A DNA stretch of 63,342 nucleotides, counting the filler. It is 4 parts of 4 records of this genome, joined end to end, with 100 filler letters (N's around TTAATTAATTAA, not from the genome) between each part and the next. Parts side by side here need not be neighbours in the genome. Positions count along the whole stretch, not along the records: positions 10,280 to 41,121 come from SRR20825006_2992; 3 more parts are not named here. One strand, given 5' to 3'. How positions within the stretch are numbered: the stretch's first letter is position 1; the number at the start of each line of letters is the position of its first letter. Of the stretch, positions 10,180-19,711 are shown in pieces. Both the position numbers and the translations under genes were made by a program. The notes below the pieces were generated by a model. The model was not told where the DNA came from and ran no database searches. It saw only the letters and a program-made list of their open reading frames with translations.

Positions 10180-10279
10180 NNNNNNNNNNNNNNNNNNNNN
10201 NNNNNNNNNNNNNNNNNNNNNNNTTAATTAATTAANNNNNNNNNNNNNNNNNNNNNNNNNNNNNNNNNNNNNNNNNNNN
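10180..10279. other. artificial contig linker
   Basis: N44-TTAATTAATTAA-N44; abrupt GC drop afterwards. Confidence 0.99.
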
Positions 10280-10819
10280 GTGCATTTCGTACTTGTTGGT
10301 CTCGGCCAATACGTTTTCTCCAAATGTAAGCTTCAACTTAGAGAGTTCGGCATCGATTTCACGCAGACGTTTTTTATTTTCTTCCTTTAAATTGGCCCCG
10401 TTTCTACTAAAATTCTTGTATTTCTTTTCAAGAAGCGTTTGTTGTTCGGTGGTCAAATCCAGAGAGTCACGTTGCTCATAAACGGCTTTTATCCTTGCAA
10501 AAAGACCTTCGTTCAAAGTAATATCGTTGCTGAACTCTGATAAAATAGGTGATACTTCCTGAGCTATTTTTTGAATTTCCTCATTGGTCTCAGCAGAATT
10601 CAAATTGAAAAATATGCTGGAGATTCGGTCCAATTGTTGCCCGGAAAAATCCAAGGCTTCCAAAGTATTTTCAAAAGTTGGGGGTTCAGGGTTGTTTACA
10701 ATGTCATCGATTTCTTTTTTGGTGTCCTCGATGGCCTGAAGAAAAGCAGGCTTAAAATGTTCGTTCTTTATTTTGGAAAAAGGAGCTTGGTTAAAAGGCT
10801 CCAACAATGGGTTGCTCAT
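10280..10819 (-). CDS. dcp: M3 family peptidase (peptidyl-dipeptidase Dcp-like), 5' part
   Basis: MSNPLL..APFSKI..HFKPAF..PTFENT..FFNLNSAETN..F.RNGANL; runs into the linker. Confidence 0.85.
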
Positions 10820-10824
10820 AGTTG

Positions 10825-11217
10825 TTACTTCTGTTCTTTGTTTTTTAAACGTATCACGGCCCAATCACTCAACAAATAGGCGAAACCGATAATGGATGAA
10901 ATTACGGCCATGGTCAGTGGGGCGTAATTCCTAATGGTTGAACCATAGGTTTTTCTGTTCATGGCAGCAATGGCTTCTTCAGAATATTCGTTGAGGTCCA
11001 CAAAACCGTTTCCGTTCAAATCGTACGTGCTGGCATAATCCGAAATAAATTGCCAACGTATTTCAATAAAAATCAATAGTGCGGCATACATGGCAAATAC
11101 CAAAAGACTGCTTTTCCATAGTCCTTTTACGTATGGATTGCGAAGTTTTGGCAGCGTGAAGCCAAAAAAGGCAATGGCGCAAATCCCCAGCAGTATGCCA
11201 ATTTGATTATAGTTCAT
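10825..11217 (-). CDS. small 3-TM membrane protein with an EF-hand-like loop
   Basis: Hydrophobic helices flank DLNGNGFVDLNE. Confidence 0.65.
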   Translation of the reverse strand: MNYNQIGILLGICAIAFFGFTLPKLRNPYVKGLWKSSLLVFAMYAALLIFIEIRWQFISDYASTYDLNGNGFVDLNEYSEEAIAAMNRKTYGSTIRNYAPLTMAVISSIIGFAYLLSDWAVIRLKNKEQK

Positions 11218-11235
11218 AACCAAACACGATTTTTT

Positions 11236-11727
11236 CTAAAAGGTTTTCTTTATCTCCTCTGCCCCTTTGATGACTTTTTCCTTTAGTCCCTCTTTATAGG
11301 AAATTATGTTGTCCATAATCTCGCTGTCGGAACTTCCTATGATTTGTGCCGCAAGGATACCGGCATTTTTTGCTCCGTTCAAAGCGACCGTAGCTACGGG
11401 AACGCCCCCGGGCATTTGCAAAATGGATAGGACGGAATCCCAACCATCAATGGAATTGCTGCTTTTTACTGGTACTCCGATAACAGGGAGAGGAGATAAC
11501 GATGCCACCATTCCCGGCAAATGTGCCGCTCCGCCGGCTCCAGCAATAATTACGGAGTAGCCATTGGTATGGGCACTTTTGCTAAAACTGAACAATTTTT
11601 CGGGTGTTCTGTGGGCGGAAACAATATCCACGTCCACATCCACCCCCAATTCCTTTAATATATCGATGGCTTCTTGCATAACGGGAAGGTCACTTGTACT
11701 TCCCATAATTACGGCTACTTTGCTCAT
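11236..11727 (-). CDS. purE: N5-CAIR mutase
   Basis: IMGSTSD, SAHRTP, AGAGGAAHLPG, QMPGGVPVATV. Confidence 0.98.
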   Translation of the reverse strand: MSKVAVIMGSTSDLPVMQEAIDILKELGVDVDVDIVSAHRTPEKLFSFSKSAHTNGYSVIIAGAGGAAHLPGMVASLSPLPVIGVPVKSSNSIDGWDSVLSILQMPGGVPVATVALNGAKNAGILAAQIIGSSDSEIMDNIISYKEGLKEKVIKGAEEIKKTF

Positions 11728-11730
11728 ACC

Positions 11731-12885
11731 TTATTTGCTTATCACTTTAATGGTTTCCTTTACCTGTTGGGCTACTTCTCGGGCCCTGGCCATATTCTCG
11801 TCCACAATAGTCACGTGGCCCATTTTCCGAAACGGGCGGGTTTGTTTTTTGCCATAGATATGCGGTGTAACCCCGTCCATTTCCAATATTTTTTCAATGT
11901 TTTCATAGATCACATCGCCTGTATGTCCTTCTGCACCCACCAAGTTAACCATAATTCCTGCTACTTTGCTGTCGGTTTTTCCCAAAGGCAATCCCAGAAT
12001 GGCACGGATATGTTGTTCGAACTGGTTGGTGTAGGCTGCTTCTATGCTGTAATGGCCACTGTTATGCGGTCGTGGAGCAGATTCGTTCACCAAAATTTGG
12101 TCGTCCTTGGTTTGGAACATCTCCACGGCCAGCAGTCCTACGTGCTTCATATGTTCCGAAACTTTTAATGCCACTTCCTGTGCTTTTTTGGCTACGGCAT
12201 CATCAATCCGTGCAGGACAGATTACGTATTCCACCTGATTGGCTTCGGGATGAAACTCCATCTCAACCACGGGATATGTTTTTACCTCACCTTTTGAGTT
12301 TCGAGCTACCACAACGGCCAACTCATTTTTAAAATCAATCATTTTTTCGGCAATACACTCCACATTGGGCAGTTCTTTAAGGTCTTCCATCTTTCGTACG
12401 ACTTTTACCCCTTGGCCGTCATACCCAAATTGAGCGCTCTTCCAAACAAATGGCAATGAAAGTCCGCCGTTGTTTATGCTGTCCTCGATTTCCGATGTGT
12501 AGGCAAAGCGGGTAAAAGGAGCGGTTGGAATACCATGGTCGGTATAGAATAATTTTTGAACGGCCTTGTTCTGGATGGTTCTTAATGTTTTGGTAGGCGG
12601 ATATACGGTTTTGCCTTCGTGTTCCAACTTTTCAAGGGCGTCAACATTTACGTTTTCAATCTCGATGGTGAGCACATCTACATCTTTCCCAAAGGCGTAA
12701 ACGGTGTCAAAATCCATCAAACTGCCCTGGACAAACTCGTTGCAGGCAATTTTGCATGGAGCTTCGGGAGAGGCATCCATTACCTTGGTCTGAATATCCC
12801 ATTTTCTGGTTTCGTAGAGCATCATTTTGCCCAATTGTCCACCACCTAAAATTCCCAATTTAAAGTCTGAAGAGAAAAATTGCAT
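11731..12885 (-). CDS. purK: N5-CAIR synthase
   Basis: LGILGGGQLGKM, GYDGQG, NESAPRPHNSGH, RKMGHVT; start placed at MQFFSS. Confidence 0.97.
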   Translation of the reverse strand: MQFFSSDFKLGILGGGQLGKMMLYETRKWDIQTKVMDASPEAPCKIACNEFVQGSLMDFDTVYAFGKDVDVLTIEIENVNVDALEKLEHEGKTVYPPTKTLRTIQNKAVQKLFYTDHGIPTAPFTRFAYTSEIEDSINNGGLSLPFVWKSAQFGYDGQGVKVVRKMEDLKELPNVECIAEKMIDFKNELAVVVARNSKGEVKTYPVVEMEFHPEANQVEYVICPARIDDAVAKKAQEVALKVSEHMKHVGLLAVEMFQTKDDQILVNESAPRPHNSGHYSIEAAYTNQFEQHIRAILGLPLGKTDSKVAGIMVNLVGAEGHTGDVIYENIEKILEMDGVTPHIYGKKQTRPFRKMGHVTIVDENMARAREVAQQVKETIKVISK

Positions 12886-12969
12886 TGATTTGTAAATTGA
12901 ATGTGGGCAAAAATACATGAAATCCACGAGGGTATAAAAGATGTAAGGTTTTAGGAGCTTTAAAAATAG

Positions 12970-12977
12970 TATCTTTG
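12970..12977 (+). promoter_or_regulatory. Bacteroidetes -7 promoter element
   Basis: TATCTTTG matches TAnnTTTG just upstream of hpt-adk. Confidence 0.6.
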
Positions 12978-12993
12978 CCAACCTGACCATAAC

Positions 12994-14109
12994 TTGAACA
13001 CATTGATTAAGCTCCACGATAAAGTTTTTAAGCCCTATTTAAAGGAAGAGCAAATCCTTGCGGCCATTGATAAAATGGCAAAGGAGATTGCAGCTGATTA
13101 CAAGGATGAAACACCACTTTTTGTTGGTGTGCTCAACGGAGCTTTTATGTTTGTTGCCGATTTTTTGAAGGCCTACCAGCACCCATGTGAGGTGTCTTTT
13201 GTGCGGTTGAGTTCTTATCAAGGATTGACCTCGACAGGCATTGTGGAAACACTGTTGGACGTTCCTGAAGAATTGGAGGGCAAGAGTGTAATTATTTTGG
13301 AAGATGTGGTGGATACGGGAAGAACCTTGAAAGAATTGGTTCATCTGTTTTCCAACACCAATGTAAAGGAATTTAAAATAGGGACCCTTTTTTATAAGTC
13401 GGACATTTATAATGGTGAATATGCCATAGACTATGTAGGTCTGGAAATTCCAGATCATTTTATTGTGGGCTATGGGTTGGACTATAACGAGTTGGGTCGA
13501 AATCTTAGAGAAGTTTACCAATTAAATCAAACAGATATGATCAACCTAGTGCTTTTTGGAAAGCCAGGAGCAGGGAAGGGAACCCAAGCAGGTTTCTTGA
13601 AAGAAAAGTATAATCTGAAACACATTTCCACTGGAGATGTTTTCCGTTACAACATCAAAAACGGAACAGACCTTGGTAATTTGGCCAAGTCTTACATTGA
13701 TAAGGGGGATTTGGTTCCCGATGAGGTGACCATTGATATGCTGAAGGACGAGGTCGAAAAGAACCCAGATGCAGCAGGTTTTATTTTTGATGGTTTTCCA
13801 CGTACCGCAGCTCAGGCAGAAGCATTGGACAATTTCTTGGAATCCAAGGATATGAAGGTAAATGCAACCATTGCTTTGGAAGCTGAGGACGATGTTTTGG
13901 TGGAACGTCTTTTGGAACGTGGTAAAAGTAGCGGCCGTTCCGACGATCAGGACGAAAGTAAAATCCGTAACCGTTTTGATGAATACAATGAAAAAACAGC
14001 TCCTTTAAAAGCTTACTACGAAAAACAAGGAAAATTCCACTCTGTAAACGGAATAGGTGAAATCGATGAGATTACCCAGCGATTGAGCAAGGTAATCGAT
14101 TCCCTATAA
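12994..14109 (+). CDS. adk: hypoxanthine phosphoribosyltransferase - adenylate kinase fusion
   Basis: HPT domain (VLNGAF, ILEDVVDTGRT, FIVGYGLDY) in frame with short-type ADK (GKPGAGKGT, HISTGD, DGFPRT) whose Met is at 13537. Confidence 0.93.
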   Translation: MNTLIKLHDKVFKPYLKEEQILAAIDKMAKEIAADYKDETPLFVGVLNGAFMFVADFLKAYQHPCEVSFVRLSSYQGLTSTGIVETLLDVPEELEGKSVIILEDVVDTGRTLKELVHLFSNTNVKEFKIGTLFYKSDIYNGEYAIDYVGLEIPDHFIVGYGLDYNELGRNLREVYQLNQTDMINLVLFGKPGAGKGTQAGFLKEKYNLKHISTGDVFRYNIKNGTDLGNLAKSYIDKGDLVPDEVTIDMLKDEVEKNPDAAGFIFDGFPRTAAQAEALDNFLESKDMKVNATIALEAEDDVLVERLLERGKSSGRSDDQDESKIRNRFDEYNEKTAPLKAYYEKQGKFHSVNGIGEIDEITQRLSKVIDSL

Positions 14110-14142
14110 TTGATTTCCCAAAAGACTTTTTTATATTAGAAT

Positions 14143-15144
14143 ATGACCGAAGGAAATTTTGTCGATTATGTAAAAGTTCACATCTCTTCTGGAAACGGGG
14201 GCAAGGGTTCTGCACATTTACGTCGCGAAAAATATGTGGCCAAAGGTGGGCCCGATGGTGGTGATGGCGGTCGAGGCGGTCATGTTATAGTCAAAGGGAA
14301 CAAAAACTTATGGACACTGGTCCATTTCAAGTTCAAAAAACACTTTAAGGCCGGCCATGGCGAACACGGAAGCAAAAGCCGAAGTACTGGGGCCGATGGT
14401 GAGGATGTATATATGGAAGTGCCATTGGGCACAGTGGTGCGAGATACCGAAACTAACGAGATACTTTTTGAGATTACCGAGGACGGCGAAGAGAAAATTG
14501 TGCTCGAAGGAGGAATGGGCGGATTGGGAAACTGGCATTTTAAAAGTGCCACCAACCAAACACCCCGGTATGCACAACCAGGTATCAAGGGTCAAGAAGG
14601 CGACGTTACCTTAGAGCTTAAAGTCTTGGCGGATGTTGGTCTGGTAGGGTTTCCCAATGCCGGAAAATCAACGCTACTTTCCGTAATGACTTCCGCCAAA
14701 CCTAAAATTGCGAATTACGAGTTTACCACCTTAAAACCCAATTTGGGCATTGTGGAATATCGTGATTTTCAAAGTTTTGTAATGGCTGATATTCCTGGAA
14801 TTATTGAGGGTGCTGCCGAGGGAAAGGGATTGGGACATTACTTTTTGCGACATATCGAACGTAACGCTACGCTATTGTTTTTGATACCTGCCGACAGTAA
14901 GGACATCAGCCAAGAGTATAATATTCTTCTGGATGAGTTGAGACGATACAATCCCGAATTGCTGGACAAGGGACGTTTGGTGGTCATCTCTAAATGCGAT
15001 ATGCTGGACCAAGAGCTTATCACCGAAATGGACGAGGACATGAAAGAAGATTTCAAGGATGTTCCCTACATGTTCATATCTTCCGTGAGCGGATTGGGAG
15101 TTCAGCAGCTTAAGGATAGACTTTGGAAGCTTTTGAACGAATAA
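14143..15144 (+). CDS. obgE: GTPase ObgE/CgtA
   Basis: Gly-rich Obg domain, [19 protein letters not shown]. Confidence 0.98.
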   Translation: MTEGNFVDYVKVHISSGNGGKGSAHLRREKYVAKGGPDGGDGGRGGHVIVKGNKNLWTLVHFKFKKHFKAGHGEHGSKSRSTGADGEDVYMEVPLGTVVRDTETNEILFEITEDGEEKIVLEGGMGGLGNWHFKSATNQTPRYAQPGIKGQEGDVTLELKVLADVGLVGFPNAGKSTLLSVMTSAKPKIANYEFTTLKPNLGIVEYRDFQSFVMADIPGIIEGAAEGKGLGHYFLRHIERNATLLFLIPADSKDISQEYNILLDELRRYNPELLDKGRLVVISKCDMLDQELITEMDEDMKEDFKDVPYMFISSVSGLGVQQLKDRLWKLLNE

Positions 15145-15207
15145 CCGACAGCTATCTATCCTCTAATCAATATATTGATTAATTTTAGGAGAACCCAAAT
15201 ATCCAAT

Positions 15208-15732
15208 ATGCGTTATTTACTTTCCATAGTTTTGATTGTTTTGTTGGCATCCTGTAGCTCTGTCAAGGTAAACTATGATTACGATAAAACAGTCGATTTT
15301 TCCAGCTATTCTACCTATAACTATTATTCCGATATGCAATCTGGATTGAGTCAGTTGGATGAAAAAAGATTGCTCAATGCCTTGGATTCTACACTAAAAG
15401 CTAGAGGTTATCGATTGGCCGAAGAACCCGAACTCTTCATCAACATCATAAGCAATGAATACAGGAGCGCACCCAATAACAATGTAGGTGTTGGTCTTGG
15501 CGGTGGTGGTAGAAATGTCGGCGGAGGAATTTCTGTTGGGTTACCATTGGGCGGCCCAAATATGCAGCGCAGTATCCAAATCGATTTGGTGGATGCACAG
15601 CGTGATGCACTTGTTTGGCAGGCAGTCGCCGAGAGTGGTCTTAGAGAAAATGCATCGCCAAGTGTGCGAGAGGATAAACTACGGGCCGTGGTAAAAAAAG
15701 TATTCTCAAAATTTCCTCCAAAGGTAAAATAG
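15208..15732 (+). CDS. DUF4136 lipoprotein
   Basis: LASC lipobox, DYD..VDFS.Y.TY, Gly-rich loop, IDLVDA..LVWQ, KFPP end. Confidence 0.85.
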   Translation: MRYLLSIVLIVLLASCSSVKVNYDYDKTVDFSSYSTYNYYSDMQSGLSQLDEKRLLNALDSTLKARGYRLAEEPELFINIISNEYRSAPNNNVGVGLGGGGRNVGGGISVGLPLGGPNMQRSIQIDLVDAQRDALVWQAVAESGLRENASPSVREDKLRAVVKKVFSKFPPKVK

Positions 15733-15783
15733 TCCTTAAAATTAGTTCTTTACCACTATCTTAAACCGGTAGCAACTGATTTT

Positions 15784-15813
15784 ACCGTTCAGTTTGTCAA
15801 AATTACCACTTGT
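15784..15813 (+). promoter_or_regulatory. putative LytTR-binding direct repeat
   Basis: ACCGTTCAG-N12-ACCACTTGT; the first copy fits [TA][AC][CA]GTTN[AG][TG]; a LytTR gene lies downstream. Confidence 0.65.
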
Positions 15814-15885
15814 CATAAATCACTTCATCAAGCAAGGGTTGTCCTATACTTTAGCTTTAGAAATAAATTCTAAAACCGAACAGTT

Positions 15886-15939
15886 ATGATAGCACTAGCC
15901 AAATTAATCATTTCAATTTTAGTAAGTATTATTTTATAA
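15886..15939 (+). CDS. putative 17-aa hydrophobic peptide MIALAKLIISILVSIIL
   Basis: ATG in A-rich context, downstream of the LytTR repeat and a TACTTTAG -7-like element. Confidence 0.35.
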   Translation: MIALAKLIISILVSIIL

Positions 15940-15966
15940 TCTGCCAGCGTTGCAAAATTTATTAAT

Positions 15967-16176
15967 ATGAAAAAGCTTAAAACAATTCAGAAAGTAGTTT
16001 TGGCCATGGGAATAATTGGCGTGTCCATAGGGATATTTGGAAGATATCAAACATGGGAGTATATGGAGTACTTTCCATTTTTCTATTCGGGAATAACCAT
16101 GATGTGGGTTGCCTTTTTACCACAGAAAAAATCTTGCAGCAATCCGTTTAAAAGAAAAGCCGCACAAAAATCTTAG
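15967..16176 (+). CDS. small 2-TM membrane protein
   Basis: Two hydrophobic helices and a basic tail. Confidence 0.65.
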   Translation: MKKLKTIQKVVLAMGIIGVSIGIFGRYQTWEYMEYFPFFYSGITMMWVAFLPQKKSCSNPFKRKAAQKS

Positions 16177-16231
16177 TAGCACCAATACTGAATTGGTTTA
16201 ATGTAAATTTGGGCAAACGTGGCTCAAAGGA

Positions 16232-17290
16232 ATGGAATTAAGTAGTAGAAAGAGAAATATTGCATTTTGGACGCTCCAATTATTGGGGTGGGGGTTTATC
16301 AATGCCATTGCAGCTTTGATTCCTCAAAAAATTAGTTTGGAGATGACCATTTTCTCCGTGGTTGTTGGAATTTTTATAGGCGTATTTTCGACCTCCATCT
16401 TACGTTGGTACCTTAAGAGAAATGTTCATTTTGATTCCTTTGGTGGAAAAGAGGTCCTGAAAATTATTGTATCCATATTACTGGCTTCAACGATTTTCGG
16501 ACTTTTAAATGTCTTTTTTGGATATATCTACATAAAATTTGGCCCAGAAATTACCGAGGCAGAAATGCAGATGTTCGAGGGTTATGACAAAGTCATGGTC
16601 CAAGTATTGAATTCGCTTTTTTTGGTCGGAGCATGGACCTTCACCTATTTGGTGATTAAATTGCTTTTGAAATTGAATCAGGACAGAATTGAAAGGCTGG
16701 AACTGAACACCACCTTAAAGCAGGCCCAATTAAACACCTTAAAGGGACAAATAAATCCACATTTTATGTTCAATAGTCTCAACAACATTAGAGGTCTCAT
16801 GCTGGAAGATGTGGAAAAATCAAGGGAAATGCTTACCAAGCTCTCCGAAATTATTCGCTATTCCCTTACCAAAAACAATATCAATGATATTCCAGTACGG
16901 GAGGAGTTGGAAGTAGTGGACAACTATATCGACCTTTCTAAAATACAGTTCGAAGATCGTTTGGAGTTTGTGAAACAAGTAGGGGCGGATACCTTGGATC
17001 TTAGAATTCCGCCGATGATCATTCAATTACTCATAGAAAATGCAACCAAGCATGGTATTTCCAATCTTAAAAATGGAGGAAGGATTCTCTTGGATATATC
17101 CAGGAAAGAAGATGATTTGATGATAGAAGTAAGGAATACAGGAAAACTCAATATTGCCAAAGACTCCACCAAATTAGGTTTGATAAACATAGAACAGCGC
17201 TTGAAGCTATTGTATGCTGGCAAAGCATCTTTTAAATTAGAGGAGATATCTGATGAGGTAGTGGCTGAAATCAAAATACCATTGGCATGA
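16232..17290 (+). CDS. LytS/YehU family sensor histidine kinase
   Basis: N-terminal TM helices, QINPHFMFNSLNNI, LIENATKHG. Confidence 0.95.
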   Translation: MELSSRKRNIAFWTLQLLGWGFINAIAALIPQKISLEMTIFSVVVGIFIGVFSTSILRWYLKRNVHFDSFGGKEVLKIIVSILLASTIFGLLNVFFGYIYIKFGPEITEAEMQMFEGYDKVMVQVLNSLFLVGAWTFTYLVIKLLLKLNQDRIERLELNTTLKQAQLNTLKGQINPHFMFNSLNNIRGLMLEDVEKSREMLTKLSEIIRYSLTKNNINDIPVREELEVVDNYIDLSKIQFEDRLEFVKQVGADTLDLRIPPMIIQLLIENATKHGISNLKNGGRILLDISRKEDDLMIEVRNTGKLNIAKDSTKLGLINIEQRLKLLYAGKASFKLEEISDEVVAEIKIPLA

Positions 17291-18012
17291 AGATCAGGGC
17301 GGTAATAGTTGAAGATTCTCGATTGGCAAGGAACGAGCTCAAGGAACTCATTAAGCTACATGATGATTTGGAGCTTATTGGCGAAGCAAGTAATGTAGAT
17401 GATGGTGTTGAATTAATTGGGTCCGAATCCCCTGATTTGTTGTTCCTTGATATCAATATGCCGGAAAAGGATGGTTTCGATCTATTGGAAATGTTGGATG
17501 AGGTGCCGATTATCATCTTTACTACAGCTTACGACGAATATGCCATAAAATCCTTTGAGTACAATGCATTGGATTATCTATTAAAACCGGTCAGCAACAA
17601 ACGTTTTGATATGGCCATTGAGAAAGTCCGTGCAAAAATGGTTGACAGGCAAGTAGATAGTCCCGCCATCAAAAAGTTGACAGAGGGCAGTCAGATTTTC
17701 ATAAAAGATGGAGAGGACTGTTGGTTGGTGAAAATAGGGGATATATCACTCTTCGAAATTGTCGGGAACTACACGCGGGTATTCTTCGAGGATAAAAAGC
17801 CCATGCTCTACAAATCGCTTAACCAAGTGGAAGAAAAGTTGCCCGAAGATTCATTTTTTAGGGCAAACCGTCAGCAAATCATTAATACCAACTATATTGA
17901 AAATGTAGTTCCATGGTTTAATGGAAAGCTTAAGCTCACCATGAAAAATGGTGAGGAAGTGGAGGTTTCCCGCAGGCAATCCTATATTTTCAAGGATAAA
18001 ATGAGTTTATAA
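17287..18012 (+). CDS. LytTR family response regulator
   Basis: Receiver (FLDINMP, TTAYDEYA, DYLLKP) plus LytTR domain (FFRANRQ, VSRR). Confidence 0.95.
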   Translation: MKIRAVIVEDSRLARNELKELIKLHDDLELIGEASNVDDGVELIGSESPDLLFLDINMPEKDGFDLLEMLDEVPIIIFTTAYDEYAIKSFEYNALDYLLKPVSNKRFDMAIEKVRAKMVDRQVDSPAIKKLTEGSQIFIKDGEDCWLVKIGDISLFEIVGNYTRVFFEDKKPMLYKSLNQVEEKLPEDSFFRANRQQIINTNYIENVVPWFNGKLKLTMKNGEEVEVSRRQSYIFKDKMSL

Positions 18013-18042
18013 AAAACCTCCAATTCAATTGGAGGTTTTTTT
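18011..18042. terminator. bidirectional intrinsic terminator
   Basis: AAAAAACCTCCAATT-C-AATTGGAGGTTTTTT between convergent genes. Confidence 0.85.
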
Positions 18043-18043
18043 G

Positions 18044-18421
18044 TTAAGGTCTTAAAATGTCCTTGTATCGGTCTTTATAGCCGACAAGCACAACAATGTT
18101 GAGAATCAGTAGTGCCAGTGCAGGGGCAATGGACTCCATCGCCATGGTTAGGTGGAACAGGACAGCACATACCGATACGCTCATCAATATGATAGCCATT
18201 AAAGCTCCATATTTGTTCAAAATGAAGGAAATGCCTGCCAACACCTCTACCAATCCAACCAATATTAGAGTTTTGGACATTGTCAACCCTGTAAAATAGG
18301 TCATCATACCTTCTGGCATTTCTTCGGGAGCCGGAAGGAATGGATAGAGTTTGTTGGCCCCAAAAATGATGACGAACAACCCCAATAGGATACGGATCAC
18401 CATAAAAACTTTTGAATTCAT
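18044..18421 (-). CDS. DoxX family membrane protein
   Basis: RILLGL..FG.NK, VEVLAG, LFHL motifs. Confidence 0.85.
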   Translation of the reverse strand: MNSKVFMVIRILLGLFVIIFGANKLYPFLPAPEEMPEGMMTYFTGLTMSKTLILVGLVEVLAGISFILNKYGALMAIILMSVSVCAVLFHLTMAMESIAPALALLILNIVVLVGYKDRYKDILRP

Positions 18422-18515
18422 AAGTATAAATTTTATTGGTTACACATTAAAAGTATTCAAAAATTGAATATGTGATAATTTTATGATAAGATTTAATTTG
18501 TTGGGAGCCAGTTTT

Positions 18516-19301
18516 TTAAAGTGATTTCAACAAGCCCCCGTCAATAGGAATATTAGTTCCAGTGATGAAAGCAGCTTGGTCCGAAGCCAAAAATGCAACC
18601 AAGTATCCATATTCTTTGGGATCTCCAATTCTTTTTACAGGAACCTGTTCTTCCATATTGGAACGAACCTCTTCTGGAGAAATTCCTAACTTTTCAGCTT
18701 TTTTGGAATTCAATTGGGCAATGCGGTCCGTATCAAAGTAACCTGTTAGCGTACTGTTCACGGTAATCCCATCTTTGGCCACATCATAAGCCAAACTTTT
18801 GGCCCAAGTGACCACCGCAGCTCGAATAGTGTTCGAAAGAGCCAAATAGTTCAATGGTTCCTTTACCGAAATAGACGCTATGTTAATGATGCGGCCCCAT
18901 TTGTTTTCCTGCATATATTTTAGGGCAAGTTCCGTAGTGTAAACAACAGATTTGAAAAGCAGGTCAAATGCATTTTGATAATCTTCAACATTTTTTTCCA
19001 ATGCGCCGCCGCCTTCGGGACCTTGGGTATTGTTAACCAAAATGTCTACAGAATTGGTTTCAAAGAACCCGGATATTGTTTTCTTATAGTTTTTGAAATT
19101 GGAAAAATCCACGGATAGGAACTGGTGTTTTTGCCCATGTGAAGTGTCCAATTCGCTAATAATATCTTTCATACGTCCCTCGCTTCGGGCCATCAACGTA
19201 ACGCTGGCGCCGCTTTCGGCCAATTGCCGAGCGATAGCTTCACCGATTCCTTTACTGCTGCCGCCGACCAAGGCATTCTTTCCTTTGAGAGATATGTTCA
19301 T
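18516..19301 (-). CDS. SDR family oxidoreductase
   Basis: GSSKGIG, ILVNN, ITGTNIPIDGG; atypical SNTIR in place of YxxxK. Confidence 0.9.
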   Translation of the reverse strand: MNISLKGKNALVGGSSKGIGEAIARQLAESGASVTLMARSEGRMKDIISELDTSHGQKHQFLSVDFSNFKNYKKTISGFFETNSVDILVNNTQGPEGGGALEKNVEDYQNAFDLLFKSVVYTTELALKYMQENKWGRIINIASISVKEPLNYLALSNTIRAAVVTWAKSLAYDVAKDGITVNSTLTGYFDTDRIAQLNSKKAEKLGISPEEVRSNMEEQVPVKRIGDPKEYGYLVAFLASDQAAFITGTNIPIDGGLLKSL

Positions 19302-19303
19302 GA

Positions 19304-19615
19304 CTATCGGTATTCTTCTCTAACCGGACTAAAAATGTCCATTAATTTGCAGGCCGTCAATGCCCTACCACTATGTGGGGCATTGGATGGAATAACCACA
19401 ACGTCCCCAGCAGTGTAAGTTCCTTTTTCGCCATTCAAGGTAAATTCAAAAGTACCGTCCACCACGTGCATAATTTGTTCATGGTCGTGCTGGTGCTCGG
19501 GCACTTCGGCATTTGGTTCTACATCCCAAAACACCCAGCTCATCCGTTCTCCGTGTACCAATTTACCATGGTAGCCAGGCATAATTTCTTTTGATTTTAT
19601 TTCTGATAAATTCAT
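19304..19615 (-). CDS. cupin domain protein
   Basis: HQHDHEQ and IPSNAPH metal motifs. Confidence 0.9.
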   Translation of the reverse strand: MNLSEIKSKEIMPGYHGKLVHGERMSWVFWDVEPNAEVPEHQHDHEQIMHVVDGTFEFTLNGEKGTYTAGDVVVIPSNAPHSGRALTACKLMDIFSPVREEYR

Positions 19616-19711
19616 AGTTCTCAAATTTACCACCAAGATAGGCATTAATCTAGGGTTTCGGAATTTGTATTGGCACCGGCATTGGCTATTTTTGAAACCT
19701 AAATTGAATCA

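Noticed and set aside
10224-10235. TTAATTAATTAA palindrome occurring three times
   Set aside because: Artificial all-frame stop linker.
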